NCBI GenBank assembly: GCA_963754925.1
Contig: CAVWHX010000007.1
Location: 64,001 to 128,000, forward strand
DNA from: an uncultured delta proteobacterium
GTDB taxonomy: Bacteria; Myxococcota; B64-G9
Reading direction: 5' to 3'
Length of the DNA: 64,000 nt
The notes beneath the pieces were generated by a model. That model was not told where the DNA came from. It did not search any database and saw only the letters and a list, made by a program, of their open reading frames with translations. Both the position numbers and the translations under genes were made by a program. The number at the start of each line of letters is the position of its first letter. Positions within the stretch are counted from its first letter, which is position 1. Positions 62,138 through 64,000 of this stretch are shown here, piece after piece.

Positions 62138-63290
62138 TGTGTCTCGCCAAAACTCGTCAATATTGAAATATAAGCACTTTCCGATTTCCCGCACTCTCCT
62201 ACTCCAATCCTAAATCTTGCCATAATTTCCCATTCACCCCACTATTTCGCCATGGCCAAGTTACTCCTCAATCTCATATTCTGGTTTGTCCGAGTTACAT
62301 TACGTTCTCAACACGATCTGATTCTTGAGAACGTTGCTCTCAGGCAACAATTGGCTATCCTCAAATCCAAGCGTAATCGACCTGTTCTTCATAATATTGA
62401 CCGGGTTTTCTGGGTAGCTCTCCAAGAATCATGGATGAAGTGGAAGAATGTTCTTGTCGTGGTCAAGCCCGAAACCGTTGTCCGCTGGCACAAAGAAGGA
62501 TTCCGTCTGTATTGGCGTTGGAAATGTAAATCTGATCGTATAGGTCGAGCACAAATTCTTCACTGTGCCCACCATCACGTTCAGCGTGCTCTATGTGTTC
62601 TTCATCATCATGCATGCGAGACGACAGATCACCCGGTTCGCTGTTACAACCCATCCCTGTTCAGAATGGGTTGTTCAGCAACTCAGAAACGCTTTTCCTT
62701 TCGAGATGGCTCCAAAATATCTGATACTTGACCGAGACAGCAAGTTTGGATTCTCCGTTTTCAACGCGCTCAAAGCAATGAATATAAAGCCGGTAAGAAT
62801 TGCCTGGAAGTCACCTTGGCAAAATGGAGTCGCGGAACGGTGGGTCTTATCGGTACGGCGAGAGCTACTGGATCACGTTGTTGTGTTGAACCAGGTTCAC
62901 TTACACAGGCTTCTTCGAGATTATGTCACTTATTACAATACAGACCGTTGCCATCTTACTCTCGAAAAAGATTCTCCCGACAAGCGGCCGGTAACATCAC
63001 GTCCGTCATCGAATGCACGGGTGATTGCGTTACCAAGAGTCGGTGGACTGCATCACAAATATGAATGGGCAGAGGCCGCTTAGGTTTGGATTGGCTGGTT
63101 ATGACTTAGATAGGTCTTTTTAATTGAATACGTCTATATTCGATCTAATTTTTCTGTTCGTCTCCTCCCAGAAAGCCAGCACGACCAGCTCGTTATTATC
63201 AAGAAGTTTGGATCACGAGATGCTTTTGGGGTTCTGATCTTGCCTTAGAATGCTCGGTTGCCCTCATGGATCAATTTTTGGCGAGGCACA
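62138..63290 (+). mobile_element. Internally deleted insertion sequence with an rve-type DDE integrase
   Basis: TIRs TGTGTCTCGCCAAAA (62138-62152) and TTTTGGCGAGGCACA (63276-63290) match at 14/15. No target duplication is visible. Confidence 0.8.
62252..63083 (+). pseudogene. Integrase/transposase pseudogene
   Basis: The N-part LENVALRQQL...VKPETVVRWH is fused out of frame near 62550 to FFTVPT...ILDRDSKF...SPWQNGVAERW...VGGLHH. The middle HTH segment and the first catalytic Asp are missing. Confidence 0.8.
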
Positions 63291-63370
63291 GTGATAGATC
63301 GATGCGTGACCCGCTGGCGATGCTGGCTCGAATGGCTCAATGAGAAAGAGAAGACTCACGAAGGTAGTTA

Positions 63371-64000
63371 TCAGGGGACGGCAGCTGCCTGGGCTTCGGC
63401 TATTTCATCATTGTAGTCCGCTTGCAACAGGAAGCCGGCATTGAGAAGCTTCTGGGCCGCCGCCGTGTATTTGTTCACGTAATCGGCATGCGAAGAGTAC
63501 AGACTGTTCAACGTGGCTGAACTAAATGGCGTGTCGAAACCTTCGAGTAGGCAGATACCTAATGCACGATTGGCCCAGGTCGTTGAACTGAGCGGCCAGC
63601 TGGGTGTTCCATTGCCGGTGAGCAACGTCAGAACGTTGCCGACTGAACTCAGAATGCTGGAGACACTGACATCGCCGACGTACGTGGATAAGTTCCAGTA
63701 GGTGTAAGTTTTTATCGGCACATCCATTTCGGGTAGACGGACCCCGCCCTCGGCGTTGCCGTACTGGTCGTACTCTATGATATTGAAGAGCGGCAGCGTT
63801 AGGATTGGATTTGCCGTCGGCGCAGGCGTGCCGGTATTAACCCACGTATTGAGGGCCGCGAAGGCGGCGTTTTCAATCCGGTAATTTGGCAGGCTGTCTG
63901 CCAATCCGCCGCCGAAGTCCGAGAGCACGCCAAACATGCACGCCGGCGGTGGCCATTGCAGATCTCGATAGGCTACGGTGACCTCATAAATGCCTTCTTG
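63371..64000 (-). CDS. C-terminal part of an alpha/beta-hydrolase-domain protein (5' end outside the window)
   Basis: WVNTGTPAP, DQYGNAEGGVRLPEMDVP and LYSSHADYV...AGFLLQAD. Confidence 0.65.
   Translation of the reverse strand, partial: QEGIYEVTVAYRDLQWPPPACMFGVLSDFGGGLADSLPNYRIENAAFAALNTWVNTGTPAPTANPILTLPLFNIIEYDQYGNAEGGVRLPEMDVPIKTYTYWNLSTYVGDVSVSSILSSVGNVLTLLTGNGTPSWPLSSTTWANRALGICLLEGFDTPFSSATLNSLYSSHADYVNKYTAAAQKLLNAGFLLQADYNDEIAEAQAAAVP

Noticed and set aside
1..64000. tRNA, rRNA, riboswitch or CRISPR array
   Set aside because: None recognised by eye. tRNAscan-SE and Infernal/Rfam would be needed to exclude them.

Overview
The gene content is typical of a Myxococcota/Deltaproteobacteria chromosome (inference from PEGA proteins, Glt-like TPR genes, myxococcal PilZ and Cys-rich lipoproteins). 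Housekeeping genes are miaA, mutL, glyQ-glyS-ppdK and rtcB. Signalling genes include a hybrid histidine kinase, an FHA-GGDEF cyclase and PilZ proteins. The window also holds two RND efflux operons (CzcCBA-like and MdtABC-like), a RelE/RHH toxin-antitoxin pair and two DDE insertion sequences. About eleven single-base frameshifts fall in otherwise intact genes, which points to long-read or assembly indel errors, so split ORFs were re-joined by eye. Three things stand out. (1) An AT-rich locus at 37.8-39.3 kb re-assembles into one protein with two MazG-like nucleotide pyrophosphatase modules, Cys-rich (Zn-binding) motifs and a PilZ-like domain. (2) A family of about 60-nt two-hairpin repeats has fully compensatory stems around a GAGCGCAGCGAG loop; one copy encodes the C-terminus of MiaA and another is nested inside a different palindromic repeat. 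(3) A 10.5-kb Glt/Nfs-like envelope operon also contains a DUF3570-like protein, an SH3-barrel protein and a CX4CH lipoprotein. All family calls come from motif recognition, not database searches.
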